NCBI GenBank assembly: GCA_043813875.1
Contig: JBDRKP010000004.1
Coordinates: forward strand, 1-24,572
DNA from: an archaeon
GTDB taxonomy: Archaea; EX4484-52; B79-G9
DNA length: 24,572 bases
Direction: 5' to 3'
Of the stretch, positions 6,957 to 15,616 are shown one piece after another. The translations under genes were made by a program, and so were the position numbers. A model generated the notes under the pieces. The model did not search any database, was not told where the DNA came from, and saw only the letters and a list, made by a program, of their open reading frames with translations. How positions within the stretch are numbered: the first letter of the stretch is position 1; each line of letters opens with the position of its first letter.

Positions 6957-8054
6957 ATGGAATCAATAATACAGAGTGCAATATCAAGGCAGATAACAGG
7001 AGGAATAGGTACGCTGGGTGAAAAATCTTTGGATGATTTTGCTGATGCAAACGATGCAAAAATCATGGTTATCGGCGCAGGCGGAATGGGTTGTAATGCC
7101 CTCAACAGATTACATAATATCGGCATCAGAGGAGCAGAGACTATTGCGATCAACACAGACATGAAACATCTGAGGACCATACAGTCTGACAGGAAGATCC
7201 TTATCGGACAGGAACTCACAAAGGGACTCGGTGCAGGAGGATATTCAGCTACAGGCAGACAGGCTGCAGAAGAATCTATAAATGAGATCAGAGATGTCTT
7301 GCGTGGCGTTGACATGTTATTCTTAGTCGCAGGAATGGGTGGCGGTACTGGTACCGGAGCAGCACCTGTTGTCGCTGAGTGCGCAAGAGCACAGCATGCT
7401 ATCGTGATAGGCGTGGTCACAATGCCTTTCAAGATTGAAGGAGCAAGAATACACAAAGCAGAGGAAGGCCTTGCAAAATTAAGGCAGGTCTCGGATACAG
7501 TCATCGTCATCGAGAATGACAGGCTTGTCGAGATTGCAGGAAATATGCCGCTTCAGCAGGCGTTCTCTGTGGCTGACGAGATCATCGTAACAATGATCAA
7601 AGGCATTACTGAGACCATATCCATGCCATCTATCGTCAATCTTGACTATGCGGATGTGAAAGCTGTCATGAGCTCTGGCGGAGTTGCAATGATCGGTGTC
7701 GCTGAGTCGGCATCTGCGGCAAGGGCAAGGGAAGCGGTTGAACAGGCGATGTCAAACCCGCTATTAGATGTTGATTATAAAGGAGCTACAGGAGCGCTGG
7801 TGCATATAACCGGCGGGCCTGATTTGAGACTTGATGAGATTACAGAGATCGGTGATTTCGTCTCACGTCATCTCGATGCAGGAGCCCAGACCATCTGGGG
7901 AGCAAGAGTGGAAGATAGCATGAAAGGCAAGATACGCGTGATAACTATCATCACGGGCGTCAGATCGCAATACGTGCTTGGACCACAGCAACAGAAGAAC
8001 GGGGTGGAAGTGAAAAACATAGAACAAAGCCTTGGCATCGAGATAATCCGGTAA
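6957..8054 (+). CDS. ftsZ: Cell division GTPase FtsZ (FtsZ2-like)
   Basis: VIGAGGMGCNA, AINTD, tubulin signature AGMGGGTGTG and T7 loop NLDYADV. PLLDVDYKGATGALVHITGGPDL resembles the archaeal FtsZ2 clade. GGAGG lies upstream. Confidence 0.97.
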   Translation: MESIIQSAISRQITGGIGTLGEKSLDDFADANDAKIMVIGAGGMGCNALNRLHNIGIRGAETIAINTDMKHLRTIQSDRKILIGQELTKGLGAGGYSATGRQAAEESINEIRDVLRGVDMLFLVAGMGGGTGTGAAPVVAECARAQHAIVIGVVTMPFKIEGARIHKAEEGLAKLRQVSDTVIVIENDRLVEIAGNMPLQQAFSVADEIIVTMIKGITETISMPSIVNLDYADVKAVMSSGGVAMIGVAESASAARAREAVEQAMSNPLLDVDYKGATGALVHITGGPDLRLDEITEIGDFVSRHLDAGAQTIWGARVEDSMKGKIRVITIITGVRSQYVLGPQQQKNGVEVKNIEQSLGIEIIR

Positions 8055-8188
8055 GGGGATATCAGTAAGATAGATGAGGAATTAATGAAAAAGATAATGT
8101 TTGTTGTGAGAGGGTATAATTAGCCTGCCATTCCAACCTCACCTCAATGTGGGTCCATGATAATTCCTCCATGGGCCCAAACACCTCT

Positions 8189-8230
8189 ATGCGCCCCTTG
8201 CGGGCGCATTATTTCTTTGTTTTTGTTTTT
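8189..8230 (+). terminator. Hairpin plus T-tract downstream of ftsZ
   Basis: ATGCGCCC-CTTGC-GGGCGCAT followed by TATTTCTTTGTTTTTGTTTTT. Confidence 0.55.
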
Positions 8231-8357
8231 GATTTAGAGATTATTTTTCGCTTGAAATATCAATGTAATTCATAATCATCTGCTGCGTGTCTATACCCAT
8301 CATTCCCCGGCTTGTTCAAGGAGGTTCTCTTCATTGATGTAGAAGATCAGCAAAGTC

Positions 8358-8498
8358 ATGATTATGATCGATAACCCGGCGAAACCGACAGAGTTGCTTG
8401 CTGCGATAAGGATATATGAGATAAAATTTGCTAAAGAACTGAAAACGATTGAGGAACTGTGGGAGAATGCGGAAGACTTCAGGTCCTACCAATCATGA
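8358..8498 (+). pseudogene. Possible remnant of a TrmB-family regulator C-terminal domain
   Basis: Frame reads MIMIDNPAKPTELLAAIRIYEIKFAKELKTIEELWENAEDF, resembling the '...FAK.L...FEELW..A' end of TrmB-type effector domains. An in-frame stop lies just upstream. Confidence 0.3.
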
Positions 8499-11400
8499 AA
8501 TTTCTTTCTTTTGTAAGAGTATAGCAGAGATAAAAAGAAGGATGATGATTGATGCATGACCAAGACCGGGTGATTGCGTATTTATGCTCTCTTCTTCTGC
8601 ATATATGATGCTAAATCTTGTCGTGTTGTAGGTTCTCTGACCTGTTGTGGCCGATCGGGCATTCATTGTCAGAGAATAGGCACCGACCTTCCCTGCAAAA
8701 ACGGTGATTGGTATGCTGGTCTCAGAATGCGGCTTAACAGAGATCTTTTTTGTGGTATACGGATATTGCAGGTCGCCCGATGAACCGGGAATCTTAATAT
8801 CCAGCCAATTCTCTATATTGGGGGGAGAGCCTTCAAATTCAAGAGTAATCGTGTCAGGAATCGGGAGCGGATTCTTCACGTTCAGGAGAATGGTCTTTTC
8901 TTTCCCGAGCGGAACCACAAACTGAGTCTCAAATTCATTCTCGGGAGTCGTCACGATCAGGTCAAAGTCCGGTGATTCCGAATCAGCGCATATCGTGTAG
9001 CTCAGGCACGAGTTCCTGAAACATTCATCCGATGATATGCAATTGCAGCCGTCTGCCTTTTTTACTTCGAAACTGCCGTTCACGGAGGTGTTGTGATTGT
9101 GCGCCAGATCAACTGAATCGACGCTGTATATGTAGGTCTTTGCCTCGCATGCGGCTGTGAGGTCCATTGTGCAGTTTGTTTCTGGCGGGATTGCCCTGTG
9201 GTCCACGATGCAGGTGTAATGAGATGTGGATATGGTCGTCTTATCGCAGCCTGAACCGGTGGGACCGTCGTCGCATGTCACTTCGAATGTCTCGATACCG
9301 TCCGCGACAACGGGGTCAGGATAGTTGATGACTGTGACAATGGGTGGCGTCGTGTCGCCGTTTATCTCGATTGTCGTCATCCCATCGAGAGTGACGCTGA
9401 ACGATATTGTTCCTGCAGAGTCTGATGTATAAGTATCCAGGTAGGTCATGACGCCACCAGATGTCTGGAAGACGGCGTAAGCCATGTTGGGTATCAAGCC
9501 TCTGATTTCATAGGTCACATCCAGTACTGATGGGGTGCCGGTTTCGGTCCACTTCATGAGCATATCGTTCCAGGTCTCAATGGTGCGTTCGAGGCCTGCT
9601 GGCTGGGATGAGCGGGCCATGAGCCAGATGCTGCCTGAACTCTCGTTGTTGTAGTTGAACCATGATGTCGTGTCCCTGAACTGGATGTTAACGCCCATAG
9701 AAAAGCCGGCATCTGTGAAGTTGTTTGTCGCGCCTGCGCTACCGAGAGAGACATCATAGGATGTCCCGAGTATGGAACCGCCTGTAATGTTGTTATTGTA
9801 AGAACCGCTAAGATAGAGGCCGATGTTGTTCGATCCCTGACCGTCGAATATGTTGTCCTGCAATATGTTTGAATCAGAGTCCCGGATATATGTTGCCCGG
9901 CTGCCTGAGCCTGCGCCGGACGTCGTCCTGACGACGTTTGTGGACACGGTGTTGGTGTCTGATGAGCGCAGATAGATGCCGTGACCGTCGGCACCGGATG
10001 TCGTGACGTCATTGTAGGAGATAACGCTGTCGCCGGACGAATAGACGTATATGCCGTTACTGTTGGAGTTGCCTGTTGTCACGATATTGCCTGATATATT
10101 GCCTGAGCCGGACGTATAGAGATAGATGCCGTAGGCGTTCGTATTGGATGTCGCCACTGTGTTGTCTGATATGCCGGCATCATCAGAGGACATGTCAAGA
10201 TAGATGCCGTGGCTGACTGACCCGGCGGTCATGATGTCATTTCCCTTTATGAAGGAACCTGTCGTACTATCAAGATGTATACCATAAGCAGTGCTTCCGG
10301 ATGTGGTTATGCTATTGTAGGAAGCATCAGAGTTGGCTGAATCATCAAGATACACACCGTAGCCATAGAGTCCGTATGTGTCGATAATGTTGCTTAATAC
10401 GTATGAATTGCCTGAGGAAGAAAGGTAAATGCCGTAGCTATATGTATTTGATGCCGTGACTGTGTTGTCCTGTATCGTGTTTGAGGGGCATGATGAGAGA
10501 TATATGCCCTCTGTGCCATAGCCAGCGACTGTGATTGTGTTGCCTGTGATATCATTAAAATTGCTTGATGAATGGAGATAGATGCCTCTCACGTCTGACT
10601 GTGAACCTGCGTTGGTAGTAGAGCCGGATACGACGGAATTGTCGGTCCTTGCAAGTGTTATGCCGTCCTTGATGCCGTTGATGTTGTCGATAGTGATGCC
10701 ATCCGAGTCTGCCACGTAGAGCTGCCCGATGTCTGAAAGACCAGTTATGTCTGTCGCTCTCTGATAATAATAATGTATCGGCTTGCCCTGCTCGGTGTTA
10801 GAGGTGTCGATGTCGTGATTATAGTAAGAAGCAGTGGTTGTCGGATCGACGTATATGGCATAGGCACCATTTGCGCGGATAATATTATTTCTCAATGTCC
10901 ATCCTGTGACGTCGTCGAAATGGATACCGTAGCCCAGAGTGCCGCCGGTCGTGATTGTGTTGCCTAAGATATTACCGGAGCTGCTTCCTGAGTGGAGAAA
11001 GATGCCGCTGACGCCATATTGGGAACCGACATTAAAATTGTTGTTCGTTATGTCGACTCCCGGCGACATCGCGAGTGTTATCCCGTCTTTGATGCCGTTA
11101 ACGGCGTCTATGGTGATGCCCGGCGAGTCTGCCAGGTATAACTGACCGATGTCTGCAAGAGTGATTGTGGCTGGTGCAGGATTGTAAGTCGGATCATAAT
11201 AGTATATAGGCTTGCCCTGCTCAGTGTTAGATGTGTCGATGTCGTGCTGATAGTTAGAAGATGTTGTCGACGGTGCAACGTATATCGCATAAGCGTTTGC
11301 GGTGTTCAGAATATTGCTGGTCAGTATGGAGTTGCTTGATGATGAAAAGTAAACGCCGTGACTATTGCCGCCGGAGGTCGTTATCCTGTTGCCTGATAGA

Positions 11401-11969
11401 GGGTTTGAGCTGCTGGAACTGAGGTAAATACCGTAAGCTTGCCAGCCACCGGTTATGATAGTGTTGCCTGAAAGAGCGTTCAAGCTGCCGCCTGAGAGAT
11501 AGATACCATGTCCGTAGGGGTAAGTTGTCGTGATCTGGTTGTCTGAAACGGTGTTTGAATTGCCTGACGTGAGGTAAATGCCGTAGCCATAGTAATCTAT
11601 TGTCCTGATTATGTTGTTGCGTATCTCGCCGCTGGACAATGACGGGGCATAGATAGCGTAGGAGCTTGATATGCTTGAGTTCACCTGCTCAATGTCCATG
11701 TTGATTATATTTACGTTGCTCAGGCCGCTGCTCACCCTGACACCGTATCCTGTCCAGTATTTCGAATATCTTATCTTGTGGCCGGGGGCGCCGGTGAGTG
11801 TCACGCCGCTTACGGTGATCGTTACGCATGTGCCTGAAACGGTCGCTACCGCGTCAAAGGTGTAGGAGCCGGGAGCGCTTATCGTCCCGCAGCCGATCGC
11901 TGATGCGCTGCCTGCCAATATGAGAGACATAAGAACGAGTGATGCTGAAATGAGTATTATCTTATTCAT
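8493..11969 (-). CDS. Large cell-surface protein with right-handed parallel beta-helix (NosD/CASH-like) repeats, Cys-rich and Ig-like regions and a C-terminal anchor
   Basis: Signal peptide; many GIYL.SS..N...GN.ITT repeats; C-terminal QSPGLGHASIIILLFISAILLQKK (PGF-CTERM-like). Confidence 0.88.
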   Translation of the reverse strand: MNKIILISASLVLMSLILAGSASAIGCGTISAPGSYTFDAVATVSGTCVTITVSGVTLTGAPGHKIRYSKYWTGYGVRVSSGLSNVNIINMDIEQVNSSISSSYAIYAPSLSSGEIRNNIIRTIDYYGYGIYLTSGNSNTVSDNQITTTYPYGHGIYLSGGSLNALSGNTIITGGWQAYGIYLSSSSSNPLSGNRITTSGGNSHGVYFSSSSNSILTSNILNTANAYAIYVAPSTTSSNYQHDIDTSNTEQGKPIYYYDPTYNPAPATITLADIGQLYLADSPGITIDAVNGIKDGITLAMSPGVDITNNNFNVGSQYGVSGIFLHSGSSSGNILGNTITTGGTLGYGIHFDDVTGWTLRNNIIRANGAYAIYVDPTTTASYYNHDIDTSNTEQGKPIHYYYQRATDITGLSDIGQLYVADSDGITIDNINGIKDGITLARTDNSVVSGSTTNAGSQSDVRGIYLHSSSNFNDITGNTITVAGYGTEGIYLSSCPSNTIQDNTVTASNTYSYGIYLSSSGNSYVLSNIIDTYGLYGYGVYLDDSANSDASYNSITTSGSTAYGIHLDSTTGSFIKGNDIMTAGSVSHGIYLDMSSDDAGISDNTVATSNTNAYGIYLYTSGSGNISGNIVTTGNSNSNGIYVYSSGDSVISYNDVTTSGADGHGIYLRSSDTNTVSTNVVRTTSGAGSGSRATYIRDSDSNILQDNIFDGQGSNNIGLYLSGSYNNNITGGSILGTSYDVSLGSAGATNNFTDAGFSMGVNIQFRDTTSWFNYNNESSGSIWLMARSSQPAGLERTIETWNDMLMKWTETGTPSVLDVTYEIRGLIPNMAYAVFQTSGGVMTYLDTYTSDSAGTISFSVTLDGMTTIEINGDTTPPIVTVINYPDPVVADGIETFEVTCDDGPTGSGCDKTTISTSHYTCIVDHRAIPPETNCTMDLTAACEAKTYIYSVDSVDLAHNHNTSVNGSFEVKKADGCNCISSDECFRNSCLSYTICADSESPDFDLIVTTPENEFETQFVVPLGKEKTILLNVKNPLPIPDTITLEFEGSPPNIENWLDIKIPGSSGDLQYPYTTKKISVKPHSETSIPITVFAGKVGAYSLTMNARSATTGQRTYNTTRFSIIYAEEESINTQSPGLGHASIIILLFISAILLQKKEIS

Positions 11970-12128
11970 ATGATTTACCTTATACTTCTATTCATACTTC
12001 TATAAAATATGTATTATGTTGTTAATAAATGTAGCAGTCCGTGATTCATGGTCCTGCACAGATATCATACAAGATATTACTTATTCTGGATGCTGCCAGA
12101 CTATCATAATTTGTTTCCTTCCGAAAGA

Positions 12129-12152
12129 CGAAATGCATTTAAATGTATGTCG
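12129..12152 (+). promoter_or_regulatory. ModE-box-like palindrome overlapping the TATA box
   Basis: CG-A-AATGCA-TTTAAA-TGTATG-T-CG(AT) is a 24-bp dyad with the same geometry as the ModE consensus CG-N-TATATA-N6-TATATA-N-CG. It lies directly upstream of a ModE-like gene. Confidence 0.6.
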
Positions 12153-12166
12153 ATATTAAAATTATC

Positions 12167-12529
12167 ATGGCAGGCATTACAGACAAAAAAGATTTTGATT
12201 CTGCTCTCTTGGCTGAGATGAAACCAGGCTACAAGTTCTGGCTTCGGATAGGGCCAAAGCCGATAATGGGGGGTGGAAGGTACAAGGTCCTGAAGACGAT
12301 ATCGAGGACGCATTCTATCAAGGAGGCGGCGAAGCTTCTGAATATATCTTACAGGGCCTGCCAGAACTACATCAAGACGATGGAGGAGCGGCTCGAAAAG
12401 GAAGTGGTGCATACTGAAAGAGGAGGGCTCAACGGAGGAGGGAGCGCGGAGCTTACTCCTTTTGGAAAGGCGCTTGTCAGGAAGTTCGAGTCCATCAAGT
12501 TCAAGGTAGTGTGCGATGACAAGAGATAG
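12167..12529 (+). CDS. modE: ModE-family winged-helix regulator (DNA-binding domain only)
   Basis: KFWL...MGGGRYKVLKTISRTHSIKEAAKLLNISYRACQNYIKTMEE...TERGGLNGGGSAELTPFG. No TOBE domains. Start 12167 is preferred because the TATA box is ~24 nt upstream. Confidence 0.85.
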   Translation: MAGITDKKDFDSALLAEMKPGYKFWLRIGPKPIMGGGRYKVLKTISRTHSIKEAAKLLNISYRACQNYIKTMEERLEKEVVHTERGGLNGGGSAELTPFGKALVRKFESIKFKVVCDDKR

Positions 12530-13418
12530 GTTCGGAAGGGAGATCGATATCCTTAGGATATCTGTCACGCAGGATTGCAATATGAGATGCCCGTACTGCC
12601 ACAGGGAGGGCGAGTGCGGGGCAGGGAAGGAGATGTCAACTGACGACATTGTAAGGATCGCCAGGGCCTCTTCAAGACTCGGCATCAGGAGAGTGAAGAT
12701 CACTGGCGGCGAACCGCTTCTCAGAAGTGATATCATCGATATCGTAAGAGGCGTATCGAGCGTCCCCGGCATCGAGACTGTGTCGATGACGACTAACGGC
12801 ACGATGCTCGAGGGGATGGCGCGCGAGCTATCCGATGCAGGGCTAACAAGAATCAATATCGGATGCGATTCTTTTTCGTCGTCTGTCCTTGAGAAGACCG
12901 CGGACAGGATAAAGCCGGGCATCATGGCTGCAAAAGAGGCTGGGTTCGATGCGATCAAGCTGAACATGGTGGTGCTTGCCGGGGTGAATGACTCTGACAT
13001 CGATGACATGATGGAGTTCGCAAAAAAGACCGGCACAATCCTTCAGCTGATCGAGCTCATCAGGACAAAGCACAATGAGGAGTTCTTTACCAAGCATTTC
13101 TTTTCGCTTTCGGATATCGAGAAGAAACTCGCATCTGATTGTGACTCTTTCGAGAGGCGGCCTGTGCATGGCAGGAAGAGGTATGATGCCGGCGGCGCAT
13201 CTGTCGAGGTCGTGAGGCCGCATAATCACGAGTTCTGCGCGAACTGCAGGACGATCCGGGTGAGTTCCGAGGGCCGGATCAAGCCGTGCCTGATGAGGGA
13301 TGATAATCTGGTCGATGTCGATTTTTCGGATGATGATGATGAACTTCTCGCGCGGCTTGTTCTTGCCATAGACAGGAGGGAGCCGTTTGTGAAGAGCACT
13401 TTGGAGGCCATAACATGA
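12516..13418 (+). CDS. moaA: GTP 3',8-cyclase (radical SAM)
   Basis: DRFGR...LRISVTQDCNMRCPYCH; ITGGEPLLR; MTTNG; C-terminal FCANCRTIRVSSEGRIKPCL. Confidence 0.97.
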   Translation: MTRDRFGREIDILRISVTQDCNMRCPYCHREGECGAGKEMSTDDIVRIARASSRLGIRRVKITGGEPLLRSDIIDIVRGVSSVPGIETVSMTTNGTMLEGMARELSDAGLTRINIGCDSFSSSVLEKTADRIKPGIMAAKEAGFDAIKLNMVVLAGVNDSDIDDMMEFAKKTGTILQLIELIRTKHNEEFFTKHFFSLSDIEKKLASDCDSFERRPVHGRKRYDAGGASVEVVRPHNHEFCANCRTIRVSSEGRIKPCLMRDDNLVDVDFSDDDDELLARLVLAIDRREPFVKSTLEAIT

Positions 13419-13870
13419 AGGTGAACATGGTCGACGTGTCGGGGAAGAAGGATGTGCTCAGGACTGCTGTCGCGAGCGGGAGGATTTATCTTTCTATAGA
13501 GACGGTGAGGATGATAAAGTCGGGGGAGGTCAAGAAAGGGGATGTGTTCTCTGTGAGCGAGGTCGCGGCCATCAATGCGGTTAAGGATACGGCGCGGATG
13601 ATCCCGCTCTGCCACAATATACCGATCAACAAGGTCGATGTCGGGTTTGATGTCGGGGATGATCATATTTCTGCTACTGTCACTGTCGTGTCTTTCGGGA
13701 GGACCGGGGTCGAGATGGAGGCGCTTTGCGGGGTCTCGGTGTGTCTTTTGAATATCTGGGATATGGTGAAGTATCTTCTGAAGGATGATAAAGGAGAGTA
13801 TCCTCACACCAGGATCACTGATATCAGGGTTGTCGAGAAGACAAAAAAGGTGATTGATGATGTGCGATAA
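13415..13870 (+). CDS. moaC: Cyclic pyranopterin monophosphate synthase
   Basis: MVDVSGK; KKGDV; IPLCH; RTGVEMEAL; IWDMVK. ATGA overlap with moaA. Confidence 0.97.
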   Translation: MKVNMVDVSGKKDVLRTAVASGRIYLSIETVRMIKSGEVKKGDVFSVSEVAAINAVKDTARMIPLCHNIPINKVDVGFDVGDDHISATVTVVSFGRTGVEMEALCGVSVCLLNIWDMVKYLLKDDKGEYPHTRITDIRVVEKTKKVIDDVR

Positions 13871-14399
13871 TTGCGGCAAGCATGAGCCGGCGTCTACGAG
13901 AAGCCACAAGCAGGGGACGATGAAGCGCATCGGTTTCGGGATCATCACTGTGTCCAGCTCCAAGTTCAGGGGCGAGGGGACGGATGCGAGCGGGGATGTG
14001 ATGGCGGGGATTGTGGAGAATGAAGGGCATTCTGCCGCTAAAAGGGCTGTCGTGGATGATGATGCTATCATGATCAAGGAGAAGGTGCTTGAGTTCGTGT
14101 CATATGAAGATGTGGATGCGGTTGTCACGAGCGGAGGGACTGGGCTTGCGCCGCGTGATGTTACTATCGAGGCGTTGCGCGGTGTTTTTGATAAGGAGAT
14201 GACAGGGTTCAACCCAGTGTTCATGAAGCTTAGCCATGGAAGGATTGGGACTGCCTGCGTGCTTTCACGGGCTACAGCAGGAATTGTCCGGGGGAAGGCG
14301 GTGTTCTGTCTGCCGGGGTCGCCTGATGCGTGCAGGCTTGCGATGGAGGAGATCATCATACCTGAGGCAGGGCATATTCTCAAGCATGCAGGTGAATGA
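13857..14399 (+). CDS. moaB: Molybdopterin adenylyltransferase MoaB/Mog family
   Basis: IITVSS...D.SG; VVTSGGTGLAPRDVTIEA; LSRATAG; FCLPGSPDAC. AGGTGA RBS upstream. Confidence 0.95.
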   Translation: MMCDNCGKHEPASTRSHKQGTMKRIGFGIITVSSSKFRGEGTDASGDVMAGIVENEGHSAAKRAVVDDDAIMIKEKVLEFVSYEDVDAVVTSGGTGLAPRDVTIEALRGVFDKEMTGFNPVFMKLSHGRIGTACVLSRATAGIVRGKAVFCLPGSPDACRLAMEEIIIPEAGHILKHAGE

Positions 14400-15616
14400 T
14401 TGTGAATGATGTGAGGATGAAGGGTTTTAAGGAGAGGATGAGCTTCACTTATGCGCTTGATGCTTTATCTTCTCTTGTGGGGAGGACCGGACCAGAGGTC
14501 GTCGGGATCGATGATGCCTGCGGGAGGGCGCTTTTTGAGGATGTGCATGCTCCACGGGACGTGCCTTGTTTTGACAGGTCGGCGATGGACGGGTATGCTG
14601 TTGTTGATTCTGATACTTACGGGGCGAGCGGGTATGGCCCGGTTGCACTTGTCATTGCCGGGGAGACGCTTGCCGGCGGCAGGAGCATGAGCATGAAGAA
14701 GGGCGAGGCGGTGAGGATAATGACGGGCGCAAAGATGCCCCGTGGTGCCAATGCTGTGGTGATGGCGGAGCATGCGGAGGAGGAGGACGGGCGCGTGCTT
14801 GTGCAAAGGCCTGTGTCGGCGGGTGAGAATGTCTCTTTTGCGGGGGAGGATATCAAAAAGGGAAGTCTTGTGCTTACTTCTGGGAGGGTCTTGATGCCGC
14901 ATGATGCCGGTGTTCTTGCATCTCTTGGGCAATCTTTTGTGAAGGTGTACAGGAAGCCTGCTGTCGGGATAATCGTCACCGGGAATGAGTTTGCTGTGGT
15001 TGGCGGGGCTTGCGTCGACGGGAAGATTTTTGATGCAAACAGCCACATACTTTTGGGGCTTGTGCGGCAGAGCGGGGGAAGTGTTCTCCATTCTACGGTC
15101 GTTGCTGATGACCATGAGCTGATAAGGAAGGAGATTTTGACGTGTGATGCTGATATTGTGGTGGTGACGGGCGGGACTGCGTGCGGGAAGGAGGATCATG
15201 TGCCGCTTGTTGTTTCTGAAATCGGTGAACTTCTGGTGCATGGGGTGGCGATGAGGCCTGCGGGGCCGATGGGTGTCGGGCGAGTGGGAAAGAAGGCTGT
15301 TTTTCTTCTGCCTGGGAATCCGCTTGCGGTCTGTGTGGCGTTTGATTTTTTTGTGAAGAAGGCAATATATCTTATGATGGGGGTTGATTCCAGGCCGGTC
15401 ATGGTGCGGGGGGTGCTTACACGGAAGGTGGCGTCGGCTGCGGGGAGGACTGATATTTTCAGGGTCATGTATGATGAGGGGAAGGTGGAGCCGATCAGGG
15501 CTGGCGGCGGGGCTATACTGTCGTCGATGGTGAGGGCGAACGGGTATCTTGTGGTGCCTGAGAATATGGAGGGGTATGAGAAGGGTGAGTGTGTCGATGT
15601 GAGGCTGTTTTTATGA
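14396..15616 (+). CDS. moeA: Molybdopterin molybdo/tungstotransferase MoeA
   Basis: FDRSAMDGYAV; RIMTGAKMPRGANAVVMAE; TGNE; TGGT..G..D; LPGNP. Confidence 0.96.
   Translation: MIVNDVRMKGFKERMSFTYALDALSSLVGRTGPEVVGIDDACGRALFEDVHAPRDVPCFDRSAMDGYAVVDSDTYGASGYGPVALVIAGETLAGGRSMSMKKGEAVRIMTGAKMPRGANAVVMAEHAEEEDGRVLVQRPVSAGENVSFAGEDIKKGSLVLTSGRVLMPHDAGVLASLGQSFVKVYRKPAVGIIVTGNEFAVVGGACVDGKIFDANSHILLGLVRQSGGSVLHSTVVADDHELIRKEILTCDADIVVVTGGTACGKEDHVPLVVSEIGELLVHGVAMRPAGPMGVGRVGKKAVFLLPGNPLAVCVAFDFFVKKAIYLMMGVDSRPVMVRGVLTRKVASAAGRTDIFRVMYDEGKVEPIRAGGGAILSSMVRANGYLVVPENMEGYEKGECVDVRLFL

Noticed and set aside
11970..12128. Moco/Tuco riboswitch upstream of the moa operon
   Set aside because: No recognisable multi-stem consensus, and the transcript is probably leaderless.
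13380..13418. MoaA lacking the bacterial C-terminal GG motif as a sign of inactivation
   Set aside because: Archaeal-type MoaA commonly ends around REP[FY] without GG, and both Fe-S motifs are intact.
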